A stretch of DNA of 64,000 nucleotides from positions 35,836,001-35,900,000 of the forward strand of contig OX597838.1 of NCBI GenBank assembly GCA_951406725.2. The letters are read 5' to 3'. A program made the translations under genes and the position numbers. This DNA comes from Octopus vulgaris. Its lineage: Eukaryota. Shown in pieces: positions 14,594-30,710 of this stretch (position 1 is the stretch's first letter; each line of letters begins with the position of its first letter). The notes below the pieces were generated by a model. It saw only the letters and a list, made by a program, of their open reading frames with translations, was not told the origin of the DNA and searched no databases.

Positions 14594-14938
14594 TGTATTG
14601 CTGTTATTTAACTTAAGTAATGAAGTTTTCACCAAATTTTGCTGGTTGAAAAAGTTTTTTTTAAGGAAAAAGAACAATAAAAAATCCAAAAATTCAAATT
14701 TCATATTTATACTCTAAATGTAAAACAAACAAAGGAAATAAATAAAAAAAAACGTTCTTTTCAGTATGTTTTCTAATTTACACATTTACCCTCAAGATAG
14801 AATTCTGTCTTTGAAATAAGAGAAGCAGTGTACTTGTAATTCCTGAGGTGCTCAGATGAACGCCTTCTAGCGGACACCATATGAGAAGTACCATTGTTGG
14901 TGGCATTAACTCATATCCAAGTTGTTAATCTGCAGTGT

Positions 14939-15280
14939 GTGAAGGCGCATGGCTCAGTGGTTGGAGCATCGAGCTTACGATCGTGAGGTTGTGAGTTCGA
15001 TTCCCGGACTGGGCTGCATGTTGTGTTCTTGAGCAAAACACTCTATTTTCACGTTGCTCCAGTTTCACTCAGCTGTAGAAATGAGTTGTGATGTCACTGG
15101 TGCCAAGCCTGTATCGGCCCCTTTGCCTTTTTTCCTTGGATAACATCAGTAGTGTGGAGAGGGGAAGCTGGTATGCATGGGCGACTGTTGGCCTTCCACA
15201 AACAACCATGCCCGGACTTGTGCCTCGGAGGGTAACTTTCTAGGTGCAATTCCATGGTCATTCATGACTGAAGGGGGTCT
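14939..15280 (+). mobile_element. SINE family C (tRNA-derived, CORE-like)
   Basis: A-box 'tggctcagtggtt', B-box 'gagttcgattcc', CORE-like 'gtgttcttgagcaaaacact'; ends 'tcatgactgaagggggtct' plus (CCT)n. Confidence 0.88.
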
Positions 15281-15520
15281 CCTCCTCCTCCTCCTCCCTT
15301 CCTCATCCCCCTCCCCCCTCCTCATCATCCCACTCATCCTTCTCCTCCTCTCCCCTCCAGTGCTCAACTGGTACTCATTTCATCAACTCCAAAAGATTAA
15401 AAGGGAAAAGTTGATCCTGGAGTCATTTGAACTCAGAATGTCAAGTTGAAATACTGATTCAATTGGCTCACTGCCTTAATAATAATGATGTCAATAATAA
15501 TAATAATAATAATAATAATA

Positions 15521-16086
15521 AGATGCCCTGATGCAGTACCAGGCAGTGGCTCTCATGGCTGCTGATCTTAACTGATTGGAAGTGTTATCATGTACATTGT
15601 TTTGTCTTGGTATAAAAGATGGGCTACAGCAAATATTCTGCTCAATACCACAGATTTGCTTGTCAGTTGTTTGACCTTAACCAGTTGAGCATGTCCCTTA
15701 GTGGCTGACGATATGTGCATCTCTGATCATGAGTAGAAGTAGTGGGGAGCATCATAGCCATGTGTTGAGAGGGATTCTTTGGGGTTTGAATGATTCACCT
15801 CTGGAAACATGGGTGTTTCATTCAGCATCCTTAAACAACCCTTAATCAGGGACCTTTTGAGTGGGATGGGTTACCCAACCAGAAGAAAATTCTAACTTGG
15901 CTCCACCTGCAAGGTCATGCGCTGTTTATCTTGATATGAGATCACCATGTCACGCACATATGGTTGTGATGCATGTGCCTGGTGTACCCTTATCAGACGG
16001 CTAGTCATGCTGGGTATACTGGGCTTCATATATTTTACCCCAGTGTCACTTTGATGGCATGCACAGCTCTCTCACTCAATAATAAT
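15521..16086 (+). mobile_element. Interspersed repeat F (about 560 bp, unclassified), embedded in (AAT)n
   Basis: Discrete non-coding unit flanked on both sides by AAT repeats; no tRNA head or TIR seen. Confidence 0.6.
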
Positions 16087-16286
16087 GATAGTTTCAAATT
16101 TTAACACAAGGCCACCAATTTCAGGGGAGGCAAAAAGTTGATTACGTTGACCCCAGTACTCTACTGGTACTTATTTTATTGACCTTGAGAGGATGAAAGG
16201 CAAAGTCAACCTCAGTGGAATGCTAGCTCATCACCTTAATAATAATAAAAATAATAATAATTAGGGTTGCAAATGATTTCTTATTC

Positions 16287-16323
<37 letters not shown>

Positions 16324-16339
16324 CATGAATAAGAAATCA

Positions 16340-16512
16340 TATATATATACATATATACGGCGGGCTTCTTTCAGTTTCCGTCTACCAAATCCACTCACAA
16401 GGCTTTGGTCAGCCCGAGGCTATAGTAGAAGACACTTGCCCAAGGTGCCACGCAGTGGGACTGAACCCGGAACCATGCGGTTGGTAAGCAAGCTACTTAC
16501 CACACAGCCACT
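16340..16512 (-). mobile_element. SINE family A, 5' half
   Basis: Reverse complement of head and CORE-like region up to the internal TA tract. Confidence 0.9.
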
Positions 16513-17114
16513 CATAGAAAATATATAAATATTTGTGAGTTATATACGTATATGTATGTGTTTGTATTGTTTAAAGAATGGATGTCAAATACAGAAGATA
16601 TGTGAATAAAGATACTATGAATGCAATATATATTCATTTTTCATTTTAAATTGTAAGATTTGAAGAAGAGTTGGGGACAAAAATATAAATAAATCAATTC
16701 GTTAAATGAAATTTATATATATGTTTTCATTTTTTTTTGGTAGTTTCTGGCTATTTTTTCTTTCTTTTCTTGTTGCCTCCCTTGTTCTCTTCCTTTTGCC
16801 TATTGTATTCGAAGAACAACAATCCAGAGCTGTTTTCATTCTGTTATTAGGAACTTGAGATTGCTGTGCGATAATAACTTGTGTTTGTTAGATATTGTTC
16901 ACATTGTTGATTCTTGTAAACCCTTGAGAGAGAGAGAGACAAAGTGAGAGGGAGAGAGAGAGAGACTGAGAGAAAGAGAGAGAGAGAGAGTAAAAAAACA
17001 AATGGGAGTAGATAGAAAGAGAGTGAGAGAAGGATAAGGATTGAAGTAGTGTAGCAGAGATGAATGGACAAAATGGATAGACGGATGATTATAATGGTAT
17101 CTGTGAATATGGAT

Positions 17115-17237
17115 CCATGTGTGTGTGTGTGTGTGTGTGTATGTATATATATGTATGTATGTATATATATGTATACATATGTATGTATGTATATATATGT
17201 ATGTATGTATATGTATGTATATATATATATATGTATG

Positions 17238-17271
<34 letters not shown>

Positions 17272-17329
17272 TATATGTATGTATGTATGTATGTATATAT
17301 ATGTATGTATGTATGTATATATATGTATG

Positions 17330-17376
<47 letters not shown>

Positions 17377-17437
17377 GTTTGTATTTATATATATGAATAT
17401 ATACCTATGTATAAGTGTATATGAACATATATCTATG

Positions 17438-17468
<31 letters not shown>

Positions 17469-17653
17469 GTTTATATGTATGTATATATGTGCGTATATAT
17501 GTATGTATATAAATATATATCTGTGTATATATCTCCCTCTATATATATATATGTATGTATATATATGTATATATATGTGTGTATTGGTACATATATATAT
17601 GTATTTATATATGTGTGTATAGATATATATATATATGTATTTATATATGTATG

Positions 17654-17690
<37 letters not shown>

Positions 17691-18425
17691 TTGTATGTAT
17701 GTATATATGTGCATATATATATATGTATATATGTGTGTGTGTATATATATGTAGATATATGTGTAGATTTATATATATATGCATATATATATATGCACAT
17801 GTGTATATGTGTGTATATTTTCATATATCCTTACATATGTAAATATATATGTGTATGTATTTATATGTATATATCAATAGAAATATCTATCTATCTATAT
17901 CAAGGTATATATGTACCTATGTAATTATGTATATCTATATATAATCCTATTTATGTGTGTGTGTATATTCTTATATATATGCACATAAAGATGCATCTAT
18001 ACACATTTATGTATACATATACATACATACATATATAAAAGCAGTATACATTATATATATATATATGTATATATATGTGTGTATGTATATTTTTATATAT
18101 GTACATACATTTTTATTTCAGTGTGTGTATATGTGTGCAGGTGTGTGAGGAGGGCCTTTTCTTTCTATAAGTAATACATGACGATTTGATAAATGATCAT
18201 TGTGTGTGCATACATGCACATTGAAACAGAAAGACACACAGACAGACACGTGCGTGTATAAGGGCAGAAAGAAAATAAGAGAAAAAATAAGATGCTTGAG
18301 CAGGGTCTGTTGGAAAATGGTGTGTAAATGAAAAACACAAAAAGGGCCTATGTGTATGTATGTGTGTGTGTGTAAATTCATAATTATAATAACAATAATA
18401 ATAATACTGGTGATGATAATAATAT

Positions 18426-18508
<83 letters not shown>

Positions 18509-18999
18509 GTAATAATAATGATTTATTAAATACATATATGTATATGTACGTTATTATGTATATGCATTATATATGTGTGTGTATATATATATATGTATAT
18601 ATATATATGGCCACAGTATCAGGACTGAAACGGAAAAGAATAAAATTTAAAAAAAAGAATATATATATGTAGATATGTATGAGTGTATATATGTGTGTAT
18701 GTATATATATATGTGTGTTTGTATATATACATTATATATTTATATATATATATATATATATGTGTGTGCATGTATATGTTTATGTATATATAGATGTGCA
18801 TCTATATATATCTGTACATATATATATAGTTATATCTATGTTTGTGTGTGTGTGTATACATATATGTGTGTATATATAAACACACACACTTATGTATGTA
18901 TATGTACATACAAACCTACATACCTTTACACATACACTTCCATACATATGCATATACACTTATGTATACATGCGCACGCCCAAATACGTACTCATAGAC

Positions 19000-19034
<35 letters not shown>

Positions 19035-19115
19035 TCTATATATATCTATATATGTATATTTTATTTTGCTTATTTTGATATATATATATATATATACACA
19101 CATACACACCCACAG
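17115..19115. repeat. (TATG)n/(TA)n/(AAT)n low-complexity field
   Basis: Direct inspection; short unique islands at about 18140-18350. Confidence 0.93.
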
Positions 19116-19514
19116 ACGTACGCACACATTGGATGAGACAGAATATTCACGATGTAATAGAGATGTTATCGTTTGAAAATCTTGCTGATAGAAGAAGAAT
19201 GGTTGGTATGAACTGAAAGCATGAATAATAAGTCCACATAGAAAAGCTCGTGAATGAGATGCATGACTGATGAATGTGTTTAACACAAAAACACTGATGA
19301 AGAAGATAGTGTGAAGATAACAAGATGTCCAACTGGAAAAATTCACTTCCATAGATTTATTAACCTCAGGAATGCATATGTTAAGATTTCAGATATCCGA
19401 TTTCCTTGTCGTTCACTGACTCTTCTATGTCATCTCTTTGTCATCGTAGTTTCATCGTAGCTCCTCTCTCTCGTATGCAAAAAGGAGTGCTTATATCTAT
19501 GTCGCTAGGTGTGG

Positions 19515-19974
<460 letters not shown>

Positions 19975-20138
19975 ATAATATATTTATGTATCTATGTATA
20001 TACATGCAAATACATGTGTGTGTGAACAGTCTGTTGTTAGAAGTCAGTATGTTTATGCTTTAAAATTAAGCATTACGTGAGTACAGAGCATAATGGTTAG
20101 ATGACAAGGGAACAAGAATGAACAAATCAACTTCATTT

Positions 20139-20217
20139 GCTTACAGCTGTTTCTGCTAAAAGAAGTAGTGCGCTCAGAACTATGTGTTTGTGCATTATAT
20201 TACAGCTTCTTCAGAGC
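20139..20217 (-). ncRNA. Minimal type-I hammerhead ribozyme motif (degenerate stem II)
   Basis: Minus strand: gcu-CUGAAGA-agcug...uagca-GAAA-CAGCUG-UA-agc; 3-bp stem I, palindromic stem III, A.A mismatch at the base of stem II. Confidence 0.65.
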
Positions 20218-20878
20218 TTTTAAAATGATGTGTATGTTTATTTCTGCCCTTGAAGAGAATGGCTAGTCTTTGGGATATAGTGCTAGCCAAGCTAAGGGTA
20301 TCTTTTGGTTTGGGTTGGAGAAAATGGCTGTTCTGGAAACCATCTCAGGAACTTTTGAGACTAATGAAGTCAAGCATGATTGATATACCTCTCGAAAGTT
20401 GTAAGAAATATGTGGTGCTCCAGCATGGCCACAGCCTTTGGACTGAAATGTATAAAAGAAAAGAAAGAATATTTCTTGTTTCCTGTCGAGCAAGTTAATT
20501 GCAAATCTCAGTAATGCCAATGACATGAAATAAAGAATTCATTACACTCTGGAAAGTGGTTGGCATTAGGAAGGGCATCCTGTCATGCAGCTCTGTGGTT
20601 CACCGGGTCTTGTCAAGTTATCCAACCGATGCCAGCAAGAAAAACGAACTTTATATGATGGTGATGACCAAGAATTGCTAATGTCTAATATTCTTGAGAG
20701 GAATGGTTGTGTAGCCTCGTTAATCTCAGGTTTGAGGAGGGAAGAGACACATTACAGGTGATGGGAAGATGAGAGACAAGTGAGTTAAAAGTGCAATAAT
20801 GGAAATGGTACAAGACCAGCTGAGGCCATTTGCCATAGTTGTAGGAAAAACTGACAGTGGAGTCAGTAGGTTAGACAT

Positions 20879-21282
20879 AGCGCAGGAGTGGCTGTGTGGT
20901 AAGTAGCTTGTTTACCAACCACATGGTTCCGGGTTCAGTCCTACTGCGTGGCACCTTGGGCAAGCGTCTTCTACTATAGCCTCGGGCCGACCAAAGCCTT
21001 GTGAGTGGATTTGGTAGACGGAAACTGAAAAGAAGCCCGTCGTATATATGTATATATATATATGCATGTGTGTGTTTGTGTGTCTGTGTTTGTCCCCCTC
21101 AACATTGCTTGACAACTGATACTGGTGTGTTTATGTCCCTGTTACTTAGCGGTTCGGCAAAAGAGACCGATAGAATAAGTACTGGGCTTACAAAGAGAAT
21201 ATGTCCCGGGGTCGAGCTGCTCGATTAAAGGCGGTGCTCCAGCATGGCCGCAGTCAAATGACTGAAACAAGTAAAAGAGTAA
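20879..21282 (+). mobile_element. SINE family A, full length
   Basis: gcgcaggagtggctgtgtggtaag ... gactgaaacaagtaaaagagtaa. Confidence 0.93.
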
Positions 21283-21593
21283 GGAGTATGGTTGGAATGG
21301 TTTCTTTTATCTTCTACTTGTTTCAGTCAATGGACTATGGCCAGGCTGGAGTACCACAAATCAATTCCCTTATTTTTAAGTCTGATGCTTATTCCATCGA
21401 TCTCTTTTGCTGAAGTACTAAGTTACTAAGTTATAGGGACATAAACAAGTCAACAGACACACACACACGCACACTCTTATGTATATGTGGATGTATATGT
21501 ATGTATGTTTGTGTAATGTTCACATTGTTTATTAGAACATTTTTCTGTATATGTTTGTTAACACTTAAATATATATACATACATGAATGCCTA

Positions 21594-21791
21594 ACTGGCC
21601 CCCATGCTGGTGGCATGTAAAAAGCACCCACTACACTCACGGAGTGGTTGGCGTTAGGAGGGGCATCCAGCTGTAGAAACTCTGCCAAATCAAAATTGGA
21701 GCTTGGTGCAGCCATCTGGTTCGCCAGCCCTCAGTCAAAATCGTCCAACCCATGCTAGCATGGAAAGCGGACGTTAAACGATGATGATGAT
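21594..21791 (+). mobile_element. Retroposon family E ((GAT)n-tailed)
   Basis: 'ggagtggttggcgttagga.gggcatccagctgtagaaa ... ccatgctagcatggaaagcggacgttaaacgatgatg'. Confidence 0.85.
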
Positions 21792-21869
21792 AAATGTATA
21801 CTTATGTGCAAGGTCAGATCAAAAAATATCCGGACTGGTCCTATAAAAAGAAAAACTACATCACATATA

Positions 21870-22040
21870 GGCGCAGGAGTGGCTGTGTGGTAAGTAGCTT
21901 GCTAACCAACCACATGGTTCTGGGTTCAGTCCCACTGCGTGGCATCTTGGGCAAGTGTCTTCTACTATAGCCTCCAGCTGACCAATGCCTTGTGAGTGGA
22001 TTTGGTAGACGGAAACTGAAAGAAGCCTGTCGTATATATG

Positions 22041-22073
<33 letters not shown>

Positions 22074-22273
22074 TTGTCCCCCCAACATTACTTGACAACC
22101 AATGCTGGTGTGTTTACGTCCCCGTCACTTAGCGGTTTGGCAAAAGAGACCGATAGAATAAGTACTGGGCTTACAAAGAATAAGTCCTGGGGTCGATTTG
22201 CTCGACTAAAGGCGGTGCTCCAGCATGGCTGCAGTCAAATGACTGAACCAAGTAAAAGAGTAAAGAGAGAGAG
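21870..22273 (+). mobile_element. SINE family A, full length, with very long flanking direct repeat
   Basis: Complete unit; 21802-21860 is identical to 22274-22332. Confidence 0.93.
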
Positions 22274-22279
22274 TTATGT

Positions 22280-23560
22280 GCAAGGTCAGATCAAAAAATA
22301 TCCGGACTGGTCCTATAAAAAGAAAAACTACACCACACATCAATCCTGCATTTATTCTCCTTCAAAACAGTTTCCCTCTGAAGCCACACACTTTATATGG
22401 CATCGTTTCCATCGATGGAAGCATTCCTGGATCTCCGGTTTTGGGATAGCAAGCAGCTGCCTCGTTGCATCCCTCTCGAGTGGAATTTGAAATTTGGAAA
22501 TACGAAAAAGCTGCAAGGAGTAAAATCTGGGGGAATATGGTGGTTGCCAGACCTGGGGAATGCTATGCTTGGCCAGAAACTACTGCGCAAGCTGCACTGA
22601 ATGGGCAGGGCGATTGTCAGGGTGGATTTGCCACTCACTGGACACATACAAATCTGTTCAATGACCATCATCATCATCATCATTGTTCGACCGTGGTCGA
22701 GACAGTGGAATTTACCATGCTACGCCAGACCTCACGGTCCATCATAGCATTACGGAGGTCCTGTTGCTGGATGCCTGTATCCCTGGAGATTACATCAGGG
22801 TAGGAGAGTGTGCGCCCTCTGGTATTGCGAGTAGATGGCTTCCAGAGGAGAAGAGTAGAAATTACCTCGTTTTCAGCTCTACAACAATGTCCAGCAAACT
22901 GGACTCTCCTACCTTTCACAAGAGATGACACAGGTGGTAGTTTCCCATATATTTGCATTTTGGTTGGATGACGCTTCCATGAGAGATTTTGAGCTCTCAT
23001 AAGGAGGCGAGTGTAGGTTCCATCCAACCGCCTCTCAAGCTTCTTTGATAATGTCCAGGTTTCTGAGCCATATAGTAGAATTGGTTCGACTGTGGCTTTG
23101 AAGATTTTAAGTTTGAAATCTCAACAACCCTGCAACCTATGGCTCTGAGATGACACAGGTGGTAATTTCCCATATATTTGTACTTTGGTTGGATGACGCT
23201 TCCATGAGAGATTTTGAGCTCTCATAAGGAGGCGAGTGTAGGTTCCATCCAACCGCCTCTCAAGCTTCTTTGATAACGTCCAGGTTTCTGAGCCACATAG
23301 TAGAATTGGTTCGACTGTGACTTTGAAGATTTCAAGTTTGAAGTCTCTACTTAGATTTGATGACCAGATCTTATGCATATCAATGACGATACTCTCCGTA
23401 CTCTACTTCCAAGCACTTAGATACAACAGAAATGAGCGAGAATGTTTTAACTTTGTGCGCAGGCATGACAGAGTTTAAGGTCGATCTGCACCAAGTGGCT
23501 TCACTCTGCGTACTTTACCTCTGTTACCATAGCAACAGTCATCATACTTTTGGGTCGAAT
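22280..23560 (-). mobile_element. Internally deleted mariner remnant split by an RTE insertion
   Basis: Minus-strand peptide HIPPDFTPCSFFVFPNFK (SPDLAPCDFFLFPKLK-like) and terminal KCVASEGNCFEGE*; the other end resumes after 23380. Confidence 0.7.
22666..23379 (-). mobile_element. 5'-truncated RTE-clade LINE with an internal ~200-bp tandem duplication
   Basis: ORFs 22680-23027 and 23121-23378: VEPILL.GSETWTL, FAGHCCR, LLLWKP, DREVWR; (GAT)n tail; TSD tcaatgac (22658-22665, 23380-23387). Confidence 0.9.
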
Positions 23561-23684
23561 ATATAATTATTTACTTTTATGTCAAGTTATATTACAAACA
23601 ACTTTACATAAAACTGTTGGAGTACTCAATACTTTTTCATGGAGTGCATATCTACATTGTGAATGTATAAAATAAATACATATA

Positions 23685-23977
23685 TATGAGCGGGGTGGGG
23701 CTGAAATTTCCTGTCTTTGGGTAAAATAAAATACAGGAGAATCAGTTAATTATTATTATTTTTTTTTTTACCCGTTTCAGTCACCCGACTGCAGCCATGC
23801 TGGAGCACCGCCCTCAAATTATGTTTTTATTCAACATATTTCCCGTCTCAGATTCACAAACTTATTGCAGGAATCCTCCAGTTTTTCTAAGCCCTGTAAA
23901 ATAACTCAGTAGGTTGGACCTCCAAGCAAGCCTTTTGTGATGCCCTTAAACCAGGAACTTTCCAGTACCTCTTCATA
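23685..23977. mobile_element. Mariner-type MITE containing a small SINE A tail fragment
   Basis: Imperfect TIRs 'tatgag.gggg..gctgaaatttcctg' / 'caggaactttccagtacctcttcata'; homologous to 11848-12016. Confidence 0.7.
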
Positions 23978-24128
23978 CACACATGCATTCTTACACACAC
24001 ATGCATTTATATTATACTGAGAGACAGAAATCTGTATGTGTTTATATATGTACACACACACACACATACTTACACACACATGCATTTATATTATACAGAG
24101 AGACAGAAATCTGTATGTGTTTACATAT

Positions 24129-24170
<42 letters not shown>

Positions 24171-24881
24171 ACACACACACACACACACGTGTATGTTTCT
24201 GTTGCTCTAGTTTTATATTTTTAAGTAATAAATATTTCATATTACTATTAGAGGAATCTTTCTTTTTGCCATTTTCTCAGAACAATAGAGTTCTTTAACC
24301 TTCAAAGAACTACCTTTCGGATAAAACGAATTTGCGGCAGCATATATTCACTGTGATTTTTTACATCTTGCCAGCTTATGGTGCGCTAACAAGAAGCTGC
24401 AATTGCCATGCACTTCATAGCACCACATAAAATGCAACTTGAAAGGAAAAGCATTAGTTAATTACACAACCAACTTAATGCAGAATTCTCCACAAAACTA
24501 AAAGATTAATTATAGAAGCATTATCAATAGCATAATACAATGCAAAAATTCAACACAGGTATGCTGGGAACAAACAAAAACCACTCCCTGTGATAGCTAC
24601 AAAAAAAATATGTAAACCAATCTTCTTGCCCCTATCTATTACATAATGGCAGTATTACATGCAATCACCAATCAATTCATCCCAGAGATAAAACTGTGAA
24701 GGTCTAGGAACATCGATAGATCTGGGAACTTTTTACTGCTCCAAACAAACCCTATAAATTGTAATAAAAGAAGAAGAAATGCAATGATAACGCTCAAGAA
24801 CGTTCATGGCTGCTGTCATACATGTTTCAAATAAATGATGCTGTCCATTTACATACAGATATGTGTGAGTGTATGTAGGTG

Positions 24882-27150
<2,269 letters not shown>

Positions 27151-27247
27151 TGCTATAAAATATATATACATGCTGAATATTTTGCTGCATATCTAGACAT
27201 GTGATTATATATATATATATGCATAATGTTTTTATTATTATTACGGC

Positions 27248-27304
<57 letters not shown>

Positions 27305-27880
27305 TACTACTACTTTTATTATTATATACATATTCACGTATATTTTTGTTGTTACATATGTGCATGTATATATATATATATGCATGTATACATGTTCATG
27401 TGTTTGTGTATGCATATACATATATACACATACAAATGCCCACATATAAGCACATATATATGCACATGTGTAATAATATATATATATATATATAAATGTA
27501 AATATATACATAATAATAATAATAATAATAATAATGATTTCTTTTATTGGTCACAAGTGCTCAAGACATGGAGGACAATATCGAAAGATGAGTAATAACA
27601 ATAATAATAATAATAATGATAATAATAATAATAATCATAAGGTGGCAAGCTGGGAGAATTGTTAGTGCATTGGAAAAAATACTTAGTGGCATTTCATCCA
27701 TTCTTACATTCTGAGTTCAAATTCCACTGAGGTTGACTTTACCTTTCATCCTTTCAGTGTTGATGGGGGGTTGGGGGTTAATATAATAGGCTACATTCTT
27801 TCCCCCAAATTTCTAGCCTTGTTCTTACTTAGGCAATTACAAGTCAACACCTTCAGGAAAAAAAAAAAAGCAAGGGGAGT

Positions 27881-28292
27881 GACGCAGGAGTGGCTGTGTG
27901 GTAAGTTGCTTGCTTACCAACCACATGGTTCCAGGTTCAGTCCCACAGTGTGGCTTCTTGGGAAAGTGTCTTCTGCTATAGCCCCGGGCCAACCAATGCC
28001 TTGTGAGTGGATTTGGTAGATGGAAACTGAAAAGAAGCCTGTCGTATATATGTATATATGTATGTATGTGCGTATATGTTTGTGTCTGTGTTTGTCCTCC
28101 TAGCATTGCTTGACAACCGATGCTGGTGTGTTTACGTCGCCATCACTTAGCGGTTCGGCAAAAAGAGACCGATAGAATAAGTACTGGGCTTACAAAGAAT
28201 AAGTCCCGGGGTCGAGTTGCTCGATTAAAGGCAGTGCTCCAGCATGGCCGCAGTCAAATGACTGAAACAAGTAAAAGAGTAAAAGAGAGTAA
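27881..28292 (+). mobile_element. SINE family A, full length
   Basis: Complete head-CORE-microsatellite-tail unit. Confidence 0.93.
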
Positions 28293-28537
28293 GGGACTAA
28301 GAGCTAAGAGAAGATTCCCTGAAATGTGATGCTCTGGGGCGGGTTGGAAGGACTAAGGGTGCATAAGTGGGTTATGTTCTGAATTCAAATCCAGCGTAAT
28401 CGGCTTTACCTGCCACATCATTCCAGGGTTGTTATCGTTGCCAGTCTGTCTTGTCTGTCAATCATTCCCATCAGTCAGTCAATCAATGAATCAAGCAATC
28501 AATCACACAGGTATATCTTCTACTACATCGTGGATGT

Positions 28538-28825
28538 CATCACCATCACCATCACCATCGTCGTTGTCATCTATGTCATCACTACCAACATCATCGTCTC
28601 ATCATCATCATCATCGTTATCATCATCAACCTCATCATCATCTTCATCATCATCATCATTGTTATCATCATCAACCTCATCATCCTCTTCATCATCATCA
28701 TCGTTATCATTATCAACCCCATCATCACCATCATCATCATCATCATCACCATCATTATCATCATCATCAACCTCATCATCATCGTCTTCATCATCATCAT
28801 CATCATTATCATCATCAACCTCATC

Positions 28826-28857
<32 letters not shown>

Positions 28858-29112
28858 CACCATCATTATCATCATCATCAACTTCATCATCATCATCATC
28901 GTTATCATCATCAACCTCATCATCATCATCATCATCATCATTATCATCATCAACCTCATCATCATCATCATCATCATTCATCATCATCATCATCGTCATC
29001 ATCATCAACCTCATCATCATCGTCTTCATCATCATCATCATCATTGTTATCATCATCAACCTCATCATCATCTTCATCATCATCAACCTCATCATCATCA
29101 TCATCCTCATCA
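28538..29112. repeat. Degenerate (CAT)n trinucleotide array
   Basis: Source of the poly-H/S/I/D/M ORFs. Confidence 0.96.
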
Positions 29113-30136
29113 TTAATAGTACTCTACTTAGCAAAGCTATTTATTCTGAGAATGTTTATTTCTTACCTTTTGTCTTCATTTTTACTATTTTTCACCTTTT
29201 TTACCTTTTTACCTTTTTACCTTTACACCATTTGCCTTTCTGCCAAATTACTGACTTTGGTGACAGATTTTTGTCCTTTTTTTTTTATTTGTTTTTACTG
29301 TCTCTTATTTATTTATTTATTCATTTATTTACTTGTTTTTGTTATGATGCTGATGGTGGTGGTGGTGGTGGTTGGGGTACCAGGGCAAGGCTGGTTGGTG
29401 GTGGTGGGGGAGGATTTGATCTAATTTGTTTAAGTGCTTAGCTGTTTAGAAGTCTTTCCAATTAATCTTTGCTTTTGGTTTCTCTCTCTCTCTTTTCCTC
29501 TCCCTCCCCCTCTCTGTCTCTCTCTCTCTTTTCCTCCCCCCCTCTCTGTCTCTTTCTCTCTTCCCTTTCTTTCTCTCTCTCTCACGTTAATTAATTTTCC
29601 TTCTAATTTGTTTACATTCTAATCTGCTTTCCTCATTTGCCAAGCCAAGACCTTTTTTTTTTCCTACCTATCTATTATTTTATTGTATTTGTATTTCAAT
29701 TTATTTTGTTTTATTTTATGGTGTTTTTGTTTAATTTCATTCTTTTTTTGCTTTGTAAAATTCATTCCGTTCCGTTTCATCTCCATTTTGTTTCATGGGG
29801 GTCTTTCGTTTTACTTTTTTTCTTTCAATTATTCTTTTCCTTCATTTTCCTTATTTCTTCTCTTTTCTTTTTATTCATTTTGTGAAATTTTTGACTTTTG
29901 ATTTATATATTTATTTATTTAGTTTACAGATTTTCTTGACTATATTTTTAAATGTATGTGTGAATGTATATGTGAATATATATATATGCATATATATGTA
30001 TGTATATGTACTGTGTGTGGGTGAGTGTGTAGATATATATATATATATTTGATTGTATGTGTATGTATATATATATATATAAATGTATTTTTGCTTGTGT
30101 GAGTATACACAATAATATCTATCTATCTATCTATCA

Positions 30137-30170
<34 letters not shown>

Positions 30171-30421
30171 TTGTGTGTGTATATATATTATATAAATGTA
30201 TTTTTGTTTGTGTGAGTATACACAATAATATCTATCTATCTATCTATATATATATATGTATATATATATATATGTATGTATGTATGTGTGTGTGTGTGTA
30301 TATATATATATGATAAGCATATGTGCGTATATATTTCTATATGTAAAAGCATATATATATATATATATATATACATACATATGCTAAGCATATGTGCGTA
30401 AATATTTCTATATGTATAAGC

Positions 30422-30464
<43 letters not shown>

Positions 30465-30710
30465 TATGTATTGCTCCTCACATGCACACATCCATATGTT
30501 AGAATTTCTCTCAGATTTCCACTCTTGTCAGTAACAGACACAAGGGAACAATAACAACAACAATAGCAGTAATACGGTCGTGGTACTGATGGATGAATGG
30601 ATAATATTGTACTTTACAAAACTGAATTGTGACAATTTGAAGTTACTGTAGTAAGTTTTATTATGACTCTATCCAAATATAACAAAATTTTTTTTTTCCA
30701 ACTAAATTTT

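Noticed and set aside
14939-15015. tRNA genes at SINE heads (also about 32975-33047, 60363 and 63902)
   Set aside because: A/B boxes are present but run straight into SINE bodies; no proper cloverleaf or terminator.
28429-29441. His/Ser/Asp-rich 300-aa ORFs
   Set aside because: (CAT)n array open in several frames on both strands; no splice or domain evidence.
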